From: Candidatus Pacearchaeota archaeon ex4484_31
GTDB lineage: Archaea > Nanobdellota > Nanobdellia > Pacearchaeales > UBA284
Reading direction: 5' to 3'
DNA length: 24,013 bases
Assembly: GCA_002254805.1 (NCBI GenBank)
Contig: NJDW01000001.1
Location: 1-24,013 of the forward strand
Positions 16,321 to 24,013 of this stretch are shown one piece after another. Positions within the stretch are counted from its first letter, which is position 1. The number at the start of each line of letters is the position of its first letter. The notes beneath the pieces were generated by a model. The model saw only the letters and a program-made list of their open reading frames with translations. It ran no database searches and was not told the origin of the DNA. The position numbers and the translations under genes are program-made.

Positions 16321-19270
16321 GACACCATAGTAAGTAGTGGCAAGGCTGCTAGATGGATGGCTCGGCTTGGGCTGCGACGAAGGACGTGGCAAGCTGCGAA
16401 AAGGCTAGGGGAGATGCATGCAATCTTTGATCCTAGCATCTCCGAATACGAGAACGGGCTATCCGAAGAGGATAGCATTCAGCTGCAAAAAGCAGCTGAA
16501 GGTCCACGCCGGGAATTGAAACATCTTAGTACCGGCAGGAAAAGAAAGCAAAATGCGATTCCCTGAGTAGCAGCGAGCGAAAGGGGAGGAAGGCAAACCG
16601 AATCCTTTAGCGAAAGCTAAAGGAGATGTGGAGTTGAGAGTGGGCAGGAGCACAGCTAAGCTGCCGAAGCCGAAGTTGCCTGGAATGGCACACCATAGAG
16701 GGTGAAAGTCCCGTAGGCGTAGGCAGTATGCTGATTTCCTGCTCCAAGAGTAGCGTATCCTGGTTTGGATGCGCGAAGGCGGCTCAACTAAGAGCCAACC
16801 TTAAATATGAGCCCAAGTCCGATAGCGCACTAGTACCGTGAGGGAATGCTGAAAAGAACCCTTGGCAGGGAGTGAAAAGACCTGAAATCTAGCAGCCATA
16901 GTGTGTTACAGCTCCCTTTTGGGAGTTGTAACGTCCGTTTTGAAGAACGGGCCAGGGAGTTAGGCTAAGTGGCGAGGTTAAGCCTCTTTTGAGGCGGAGC
17001 CGTAGCGAAAGCGAGTCTGCTTATTCCAGCTTTATGCTGGAAGAGGCAGAGCATCCGAAAGGGTGTAAGTCACTTGGCCTAGACCAGAAACCAGGCGACC
17101 TACTCCTGGCCAGGGTGAAGCCTTCCTAACGGAAGGTGGAGGCCCGAACCAGTGTTGCGGGCAAGCACTTGGATGAGCTGGGAGTAGGGGTGAAAAGCCA
17201 ATCTAGCCTGGCGATGGCTGGTTCCTGCCGAAATATACCTCAGTATAGTCTCTTGCTAGCTTGCTAGCGAGGTAGAGCTACGGATTGGGCATGCAGGCAG
17301 CTTTGCTGTCGGTGCCCTTTCCAACTCCGAATGCGCTAGCAGCGTAGCAAGGGAAACAGGGCTGGGGGGTAAGCTTCCAGTCCGAGACCCGAACAAGGGA
17401 GACTGGGGTTAAGGTCCTTAAATGCTGGCTAAGTGCAAAGCAAGGCAGTCCTGATCCTGAGACAGCGGGGAGGTAGGCTTAGAAGCAGCCATCCTTTAAA
17501 GAAAGCGTAACAGCTCACCCGTCGAGGATCAGGGCGCCGAAAATCGACGGGGCTAAGCCAGCTACCGAGACCCCAGCGTTCCTCGAAAGAGGAACGGGTA
17601 GGCAGGCGTGCTGCTTGGGCAGAAGCATGCTTGTAAGAGCATGTGGACCGAGCAGCAATGAGAATCCTGGCGCTAGTAGGATCCTACTCAGGTGAGAACC
17701 CTGAGGGTCGGAAGGGCAAGGGTTCCTTGGCAATATCGATTAGCCAAGGGTTAGCCGGTCCTAACCCTGCCCTTAACTGAGGCAGGGGAAGGGGAAGCAG
17801 GTTAATATTCCTGCGCTACTTAAGACCGTTGAAGCTGTTAGGGACGCTTCGGGATAAGCAGAGTGTATCTCGTAAGAGACATCCCTTGCAAGAAGGCCAT
17901 GGAGTATCGTAATGATGAGAAGTGGCTGAATTGCAAGGGCGAAAGTCTGCTGATTCCTGGAGCCAGTGAAAACCTAACAGCAGAGGTCTTAAGTAACCGT
18001 ACCCAGAACCTGCACTAGTGCCCTCCCTGAGTAGGGGAAGACCTGAAAGTTTAAGGCTGGTAAGGGAAATCGGCAAATTGGCCTCGTATCTTCGGTAGAA
18101 GAGGTGCCTATGCTTGTGCCTTTGATTCTTTTGAATTGAAGGTGCAAGCGTAGGTCGCAGTGACAAGGGCGGCCCGACTGTTTATTAAAAACGTAGCCAA
18201 GCGCAAAGCCGAAAGGCTTGGTACGCTTGGTGAGGCCTGCCCAGTGGTGGTGTTTGAAGGCTCCTTTCAAGGAGCTTAAGACCCACCAAACGGCGGGCCT
18301 AACCTTGAGGCTCTTAAGGTAGCGTAATGCCTTGTCGTCTGAATGGCGACGTGCATGAATGGCTTAACGAGGTCGCCACTGTCCCTACCAGCCAGCTTCC
18401 GAACGTCTCTTCCTGGTGAACAGGCCAGGGACGCCCAGTGGGAAGCGAAGACCTTGTGGACCTTTACTGCAGCCTGTTGTTGTGTTTTGCGATTGGGTAC
18501 AAAGAGTAGCTAGGAGGGATGAAATGAAGCTTCGGCGTAGTGGACCGAAAGTGTAACACTAGCTACCCTTTTGCAAAACACTCACTCGAAAGAGGACAGC
18601 AGCAGGTGGGCAGTTTGGCTGGGGCGGCACCCTCCCGAAAAGATATCGGGAGGGCCCAAAGGTGAGCTCAGCGTAGTTGGAAACTACGCGTAGAGTGCAG
18701 GGGCAAAAGCTCGCCTGACTGTGGCTCGAAAAGAAAGAGCCGCAGGCGCGAAAGCGTGGCCCAGCGAACCCTAATGGCTCTTTAGTGGAGCCTTAGGATG
18801 ACAGAAAAGGTACCCCAAGGATAACAGACTGGTCGCGCCCGATAGTTCACATTGACGGCGCGGTTTGGTACTCCGCTGTCGGCTCTCCCTATCCTGGCTG
18901 TGCACAAGCAGCCAAGGGTGCCGGGGTTCACGCATTAAAAGGGATCGTGAGCTGGGTTGAGAACGTCGTGAGACAGTTTGGTTGATATCTACTGGGCGTG
19001 TTGTTGCCTGAGTGGAACCAAGCCGTAGTACGAGAGGAACCGGCTTGGGGGGCCTCTGGTCTAGCGGTTGTCCTAACAGGGCAGGCCGCGCAGCTACGCC
19101 CTGGTGGATAAGGGCTGAATGCATCTAAGCCCGAAGCCACCCGCAAAAAGAGGCAACAAAGGCCGTCCAAGAAGAGGACGTTGATAGGGCCGGGGTGTAA
19201 GTGCCGAGACGCAAGTCGAGGCATTCAGCCCGCGGCTACTAAAAGCCTCATCACTACTTACTATGGTGTC
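16321..19270 (+). repeat. 19-bp perfect inverted repeat enclosing 23S rRNA (processing stem): 16321-16339 / 19252-19270
   Basis: GACACCATAGTAAGTAGTG is the exact reverse complement of CACTACTTACTATGGTGTC. Confidence 0.92.
16343..19248 (+). rRNA. rrl: 23S rRNA (ends approximate)
   Basis: GGATGGCTCGGC near the 5' end, GAAACATCTTAGTACC, GTPase centre CTTAGAAGCAG/GCGTAACAGC, PTC GGATAACAG and sarcin-ricin loop AGTACGAGAGGAAC. Terminal helix AGGCT/AGCCT lies inside the processing stem. Confidence 0.95.
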
Positions 19271-19430
19271 AATGATTAGAACTTCAGAAAAATTCTAAAC
19301 GATATACGTTATTTCTGATTGTTTTGTTATGATGATGGATTCATAACTTCGTATCATATCTTTAATTTTGAAACTTCAACTTTATTTGAAGCTTAGAAAA
19401 TCTTTTTAAATTTCTTTTTTGTAGCAGTTT

Positions 19431-19943
19431 ATGGAATACATAGCTGTTTCGCTCGATGATGAAAAAGCAAAAGCAATAGGAGAAGTTATAAGTAATGAAA
19501 CAGCAAGAAAGATACTAAAGTTACTAGCAAAGAAGAATGCAACTGAAAGTGAAATAGCTAAAGAACTTAATTTGCCTCTCTCAACTGTAAGCTATAACAT
19601 AAAAAAGTTGCTTGAATGTAAGCTTATAGAAGTAAATGGTTTTTACTACAGTGAAAAAGGAAACAAGGTGAATGTTTATAGACTTGCAAAAAAAGTTGTT
19701 TTGATAACACCTAAAAGCTCTTTTGTAAAGCTAAAGAATGTTTTGTTAACAGCTCTTACTGTATTTGCTTGTTCATTTGCGATAAAACTAGGATTCAAAA
19801 AACCATTTCTTGCTGAAAGAAAGGTTGCTTTAGCCATTCCAGAAAGTTCACAGCTAGCTAGCTCTAATTACTTTGCTCTTTTCTTCATTGCTGGCGCTTT
19901 TCTTGCTTTAATCGTCTATTTACTTTTGTCAAGAAGAAAATAA
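19431..19943 (+). CDS. ArsR-like winged-HTH regulator with two C-terminal transmembrane helices
   Basis: ISNETARKILKLL...TESEIAKELNLPLSTVSYNIKKLLECKLIE HTH plus wing YYSEKGNKV. Hydrophobic segments VLLTALTVFACSFAIKLGF and YFALFFIAGAFLALIVYLLL. GAAAA-TTTTTAAA promoter at 19396-19410. Confidence 0.85.
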   Translation: MEYIAVSLDDEKAKAIGEVISNETARKILKLLAKKNATESEIAKELNLPLSTVSYNIKKLLECKLIEVNGFYYSEKGNKVNVYRLAKKVVLITPKSSFVKLKNVLLTALTVFACSFAIKLGFKKPFLAERKVALAIPESSQLASSNYFALFFIAGAFLALIVYLLLSRRK

Positions 19944-20014
19944 AATTTTTGAAAAGTTTTTTTTTGCATACTTAGCAAATTTTTTAAACAATAAAAAATT
20001 AAAAATTTTAAAGG

Positions 20015-20377
20015 ATGGGACAAAAAAGAAGTTTAACGAAGGAAGAAAAAATTAAAATATATCACAAATTTTTTCATTACTTCTTTCCTTTAAAAATAGA
20101 TGTGATCGGACTTTTAGCAACTTACCATAATAATAAAGTTTTCAAAGAATATTTAAACGAAGTTTCTAATGCAAAGTATCTTAACGAAATAATAAATGAA
20201 GAATATAGAGAGATTGCTGAAGTGATAGCAGAAGGTCTAAACGAAAAAGAAAGAAAAGAATTCTTTGGAATCTGTGAAAAAGTAAGAGGAATAGCAAAAA
20301 AAATAAAGGAAAAAGAAGTTGAAAAGAAACACTTAAAAGATGTTAATAAATGGTTATATCAACTGTTTAAATTTTAA
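20015..20377 (+). CDS. Hypothetical alpha-helical protein, first gene of a four-gene operon
   Basis: 120-aa ORF with host-like codon and amino-acid bias. TATA-like TTTTTAAA at 19981-88. 2-nt gap to the next gene. No recognisable motif. Confidence 0.7.
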   Translation: MGQKRSLTKEEKIKIYHKFFHYFFPLKIDVIGLLATYHNNKVFKEYLNEVSNAKYLNEIINEEYREIAEVIAEGLNEKERKEFFGICEKVRGIAKKIKEKEVEKKHLKDVNKWLYQLFKF

Positions 20378-20379
20378 AA

Positions 20380-21429
20380 ATGCAAGAGGTAAAAAAAGTA
20401 ATAAAAAAAGAAATCGCAAGCTTGGTAAAACCTTTAACAAAGATAAAAAGTGTTAAAGGGATTCTTGTTTATGGAAGTGCTGTAAAAAAAGGAATTCAAA
20501 AAGGTCATGATATCGATTTGCTTGTAGTTTTTGATGATACATGTAAAGATGATGGCATGGAAAAAATAAAATTTTTCATAAATTTGATAACTTTAAAAGC
20601 TAAGAAGCAGGAACTAATTTTACATTTTCAGCCACCGAAGCCTTTAAGCTTTTTTTGGAAGCTTTTGCATAAGGCAGAACCATGGCTGATTTCTGCATTA
20701 AGAAATAGCATAATTCTTTATGATCCAACAGAGCTGTTAAAGGTTACGAAAAAATTAATAGCAAGTGGAAAATTATATTCGATAGATGAGAAAGCAGAAA
20801 GACTTATGGCTAGAGCAATAGAAGAATTCATAGAAGTAAGAAAAATCTTGATGAAAGCTCCTTGGATATTGCTTGACACAATGACGATAGCGGGTCAAAT
20901 AATGCTAAGCTATCTAGGCATTTTTACTACATCAGCTAATGAAACAAAAAAGATGCTTGAAAAAAACAAGGAAAAGCTTGGATTAAGTAATGCTTACATA
21001 GATTTCTATGATGATTTGATAAAGATAAACGAAAAAATTGCAAAAGGAACGTTAAGCGAATTTACTGCTGTTGAAATAGATAAGTACACTTTCAAGGTTA
21101 AGGTATTTATTAAGGAAAGTGAAAACATCTTGCTTAATCTTGAAAAAGAAACAGAAAAAAGATCGATAAAAGAAGCTTATGATTATGCTATCAAAATATG
21201 TGAAAGGGCCCTTACTCGTTTAGGAAAAGTTCCGAAGAATGATAAAGAAAAGATAGAGCTTTTCAAGAAATATTTTGTTGATACAAAGAAGATAAAGGCT
21301 ATACACTACAAAACTTTAGAGGAACTTTACAATTATGTGAAAGGAAAGGCAAAGAAAAAGCCTAAGTACGTTGACAAAGTTTATTTAAAAACAATGGAAA
21401 TAGCAATAAACAAATTGTTGAAAAAATGA
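20380..21429 (+). CDS. Minimal nucleotidyltransferase (Pol-beta superfamily) fused to HEPN-like helical domain(s)
   Basis: VYGSAVKK...HDIDLLVVFDD (GS...DxD motif), followed by an all-helical region. An extra C-terminal helical repeat (AYDYAIKICERAL...FKKYFVDTKKI) resembles a second partial HEPN. Confidence 0.75.
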   Translation: MQEVKKVIKKEIASLVKPLTKIKSVKGILVYGSAVKKGIQKGHDIDLLVVFDDTCKDDGMEKIKFFINLITLKAKKQELILHFQPPKPLSFFWKLLHKAEPWLISALRNSIILYDPTELLKVTKKLIASGKLYSIDEKAERLMARAIEEFIEVRKILMKAPWILLDTMTIAGQIMLSYLGIFTTSANETKKMLEKNKEKLGLSNAYIDFYDDLIKINEKIAKGTLSEFTAVEIDKYTFKVKVFIKESENILLNLEKETEKRSIKEAYDYAIKICERALTRLGKVPKNDKEKIELFKKYFVDTKKIKAIHYKTLEELYNYVKGKAKKKPKYVDKVYLKTMEIAINKLLKK

Positions 21430-22187
21430 GCGAAGAAATATTGCTGAAGGAGTTTGTTGAAAAAGTAAAAGCAAAAGAAATAAAAGCGATATGGATGATA
21501 AAACATGAAAAAGAATACCTTATGGTCTTGCTTGTCGATGATTTTAAAGCAAAAGGAAAAAAGATAAAAGAAATAAAAGTAAAGGCATTGAAGCTAGCAA
21601 ACAAAATCTTAAAAGAGCATAACATTGTTTTACATCCTGAAATTGTTTTCGTAAGTGATTTCTATAATAAGATAATTCAGAATAAGATAGACATTTTTCT
21701 GGAAATAAAGAAAGCTGTTTGTTTGTACGACACAGGATTTTTTATGCCTATCAAAGCACTTTTAAATAAAGGTGAGATCAAAGGAACAAAAGAAGCTTTG
21801 TTCAAACTTGTCTTGGAAGTAAGAAAAAACATGAAAGAAATAAAGGAAATAAAACTTGATGTTCTCAGTGCTTTGTATTCAGCTGTGATAGATGCAGCAG
21901 AGTCAGCTTTGATGACAAAAGGAATAGGTTTTTTTATTCCTAGAGAGATTCCTAAGTTGCTTGAAAAAGAATTTTTTAGGAAGAAGTTGATAAGTAAAAA
22001 AACACTAAGAGCTTTTCAAGCTATTTATGATACTTACAAAGCATATGAACATGGAAAAATTAGTGAAATAAACGGAAAGGAGCTTGACAGATTGATAAAA
22101 AAAGCTGATTCTTTCATTACTGAAATGCAAGATCTAGCTAGCGAAGCTATGGAAGAAGTGAGGAAAAGTACTTTTCAAAAAAAGTAA
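21426..22187 (+). CDS. Paralogous degenerate-NTase + HEPN-like protein
   Basis: Same architecture as the upstream gene (LLVDD, LHPE, LYDTGFF.PIK.LL.KG.I), but the GS/DxD motif is missing. HEPN-like LYSAVIDAAESAL...IP..L...F...YKAYEHG. ATGA overlap with the upstream gene. Confidence 0.7.
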   Translation: MSEEILLKEFVEKVKAKEIKAIWMIKHEKEYLMVLLVDDFKAKGKKIKEIKVKALKLANKILKEHNIVLHPEIVFVSDFYNKIIQNKIDIFLEIKKAVCLYDTGFFMPIKALLNKGEIKGTKEALFKLVLEVRKNMKEIKEIKLDVLSALYSAVIDAAESALMTKGIGFFIPREIPKLLEKEFFRKKLISKKTLRAFQAIYDTYKAYEHGKISEINGKELDRLIKKADSFITEMQDLASEAMEEVRKSTFQKK

Positions 22188-22191
22188 CAAA

Positions 22192-22761
22192 ATGAAACTT
22201 TATTTAGTTAGGCATGCACAAAGAGATTTTGGATTAAAATTTGACCAGTTAAATGAAGTAGGAATCGAACAAGCTAAAAGGTTGGGATGTTATTTTAAAA
22301 ACAAAAAAATTGATTTTGTTTATTGTAGTGTTAATAAACGCGCTAAAGAAACCCTAAAATATATATTACCATTTTTGAAAAAGCCATTCAAAATAACCTA
22401 TACTTCAAGACTCCGACAACATAATGTTCCTAAAGAAGTTGGGAAAGATGCATTTAAAATACTAAAACTCAAGGAAAAAATTGAAACAAAGGAAGAACTA
22501 GAAAAAAGAGCAAAAAATTTTTGGGAATATCTAAAGAAAAAACACGGAAAACATAAACATACTATATTGACAGTAAGCCACAAAGAAGTTATAAAATCCA
22601 TTATATGTCAAATTCTTAATTTACCATTAAGCGAAAGTGTTTATATTGACAAGTTACCTAGTGCCAGTATTTCAACTTTTGAATTTGATAAGAATTTAAG
22701 ATTAAAAACATTTTTAATTGGAGATCTAACTCATTTGTTAAAGTTTCGCATACCTTCATAA
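22192..22761 (+). CDS. Histidine phosphatase (phosphoglycerate mutase-like) family protein
   Basis: LYLVRHAQ (RHG-type motif), LNEVGIEQA, YCS...RAKET and LTVSHKEVI (second His). Confidence 0.88.
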   Translation: MKLYLVRHAQRDFGLKFDQLNEVGIEQAKRLGCYFKNKKIDFVYCSVNKRAKETLKYILPFLKKPFKITYTSRLRQHNVPKEVGKDAFKILKLKEKIETKEELEKRAKNFWEYLKKKHGKHKHTILTVSHKEVIKSIICQILNLPLSESVYIDKLPSASISTFEFDKNLRLKTFLIGDLTHLLKFRIPS

Positions 22762-22807
22762 ACTTTTATTTTTAACAGGCCTATTTTATATATTTTGAAC
22801 TTTTAGT

Positions 22808-23071
22808 TATTGGAAAGTTAGAAAGCGCGAGGGAAAAAAGTAGATTTTGTAATTAAAAATAAAGAAAAAGTTAAGCAATTAATACAAGTTACTTATGCTA
22901 GGTAAGGATGAAATAGAGAAGGGAGAGATTAAGACGTTATTAAAAGCTAGTGAGTTGCTTAAATGTAAAAACTTGCTCGTCCTTACTTGGGATTATGATG
23001 CTGAAGAAACTATTAACAGAAAGAGAATTAATTTTATACCTCTTTGGAAATGGTTAATTAGAGATTTATGA
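22808..23071 (+). pseudogene. Frameshifted C-terminal remnant of an AAA+ ATPase (AAA_14/DUF4143 family)
   Basis: Three frame segments join to YWK.../VDFVIKNKEKVKQLIQVTYA/KDEIEKGEIKTLLKASELLKCKNLLVLTWDYDAEE...INFIPLWKWLIRDL*, the typical family C-terminus. Frameshifts near 22839 and 22900; no ATPase N-terminus. Confidence 0.8.
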
Positions 23072-23358
23072 AAAAGGTTTTAGAGTTGTAGGAAGGGAAA
23101 GAAAAAAGATATTTTTTCTTGATCCTTTATTGCTTAAATTATTTTCTTATTGGAGTAATTCTGAATTTTTAAAATCAGCGTTGATGGAAAATATAGTTCA
23201 AGCTCATCTTTATAGAAAGTTTTGCGAGATCTATTACTATCGTAATAAGTATGAAATTGATTGTATAGCTGGAAACTTAAAAGTTGAAGTTAAGGCAGGC
23301 AAACCGTATTGTTGATAAAGAAAATTTGCCGAGATTTTTGTTGGGTTGTGAAAAATAG
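23058..23358 (+). pseudogene. Second, different AAA+/DUF4143 C-terminal remnant (includes supplied ORF 23130-23315)
   Basis: RERKKIFFLDPLL...LMENIVQAHLYRKFCEIYYYRNKYEIDCIAGNLKVEVKAGK (PD-(D/E)xK-like EID...EVK), then a frameshift to DKENLPRFLLGCEK*. No upstream ATPase half. Confidence 0.72.
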
Positions 23359-23517
23359 AAAAGGAAAAAAGAAGGTTTGTGGTTTTGTGGAAGGGCTGTT
23401 AGAAAAATAAAAAGTTAGGTCAAGAAGCTATCAGAAAATGTTCTAAAATGTTAAGATTATTGATAAGGAAATTTACCCGAGTTCTTATTGTGATGTTTAA
23501 AAAAAGAAAAAGAGAAA

Positions 23518-24012
23518 TCACCTCTCTAAAATTTCTGTATTACGCAATAGCGCTTCCATCTTCCCTATTTCAGATGGTACTATTACAGGAGGACTCCAAA
23601 GCATTAGTCTCTTACTTTTACTTAGAGATAATCCCACCGGCCAAAAGAGGTATCCTGTCGATTTCTCGCAATATATTATTTCCCCTTCCCGCCTCTCATC
23701 AAAATTTCTATATGCGTCTATAAAATCTTCTGGAGTTACTATTCCCAGTATTAATGCACTATACATAATTCCTGGATCATGACCTCCAAGTCCTGTGGTG
23801 TAGATTATAAGTTTATCTTCATCTTTTCCTAATTTCTCCTTTATTAAATGAGCAGCGAGAAGTCCTCCCAATCTTTTTGCATTATTACTTCTAATATGGT
23901 CACATTTTGTCCAAGGACTTAGGCTATTCATAAGATCTCTCTCTTCTGGGCCAGACACTAAGAATTGCTGGAGCCAAAAATTGTATTTTTCTAATTTCTT
24001 TTTGTCAAATCC
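23518..24012 (-). CDS. Hypothetical protein, 5' partial (frame stays open to the window edge)
   Basis: The frame of the supplied 146-aa ORF continues upstream without a stop (GFDKKKLEKYNFWLQQFLV-SGPEE...). No family recognised. GC about 37-38% in sampled lines. Confidence 0.6.
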   Translation of the reverse strand, partial: GFDKKKLEKYNFWLQQFLVSGPEERDLMNSLSPWTKCDHIRSNNAKRLGGLLAAHLIKEKLGKDEDKLIIYTTGLGGHDPGIMYSALILGIVTPEDFIDAYRNFDERREGEIIYCEKSTGYLFWPVGLSLSKSKRLMLWSPPVIVPSEIGKMEALLRNTEILER

Positions 24013-24013
24013 C

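Noticed and set aside
19272-19318. Second C/D sRNA in the 3' spacer (ATGATTA...CTGA)
   Set aside because: The internal D'/C' boxes are poor and no complementary target was found. The C-like box is better explained by the K-turn at the 23S stem.
20380-22187. Straightforward HEPN RNase toxin-antitoxin call
   Set aside because: Neither protein has an intact R-x4-6-H motif, and both are NTase-HEPN fusions rather than the separate small-gene pair.
23448-23723. 91-aa plus-strand ORF
   Set aside because: It overlaps the longer minus-strand ORF, which has more protein-like composition, and has no motif.

Overview
An AT-rich archaeal core-genome window; coding lines I sampled are about 27-30% GC. 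The lineage is most likely DPANN/Nanobdellota (Pacearchaeota/Woesearchaeota-like). That assignment is an inference from the divergent rRNA motifs, the NTase-HEPN family, form III RuBisCO and the surface-protein style. It is probably a thermophile, since it has an intact reverse gyrase and an AF_0795-type KaiC pair. Gene order: two Ig-fold surface proteins, a short Smc with no recognisable hinge, KaiC-domain ATPase plus partner, Trm14-like methylase, Dph6, CPA2 antiporter, form III RuBisCO, reverse gyrase, a 16S-tRNA-Ala(UGC, 13-nt intron)-23S operon with no linked 5S, a membrane-anchored ArsR-type regulator, a four-gene operon (orphan, two NTase-HEPN paralogues, histidine phosphatase), AAA+/DUF4143 pseudogene debris and a partial orphan ORF. 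The most striking observations are in the RNA. (1) A box C/D-shaped element in the pre-rRNA leader has a perfect 16-nt complement to the exon-intron junction of the co-transcribed pre-tRNA-Ala. (2) Normally near-invariant ribosomal nucleotides are substituted in the peptidyl-transferase loop, A-loop, H69 and the h44/h45 junction. (3) The 23S processing stem is closed by a K-turn rather than an obvious bulge-helix-bulge (BHB). All family calls and E. coli-numbering assignments were made by eye from motifs; no searches were run.
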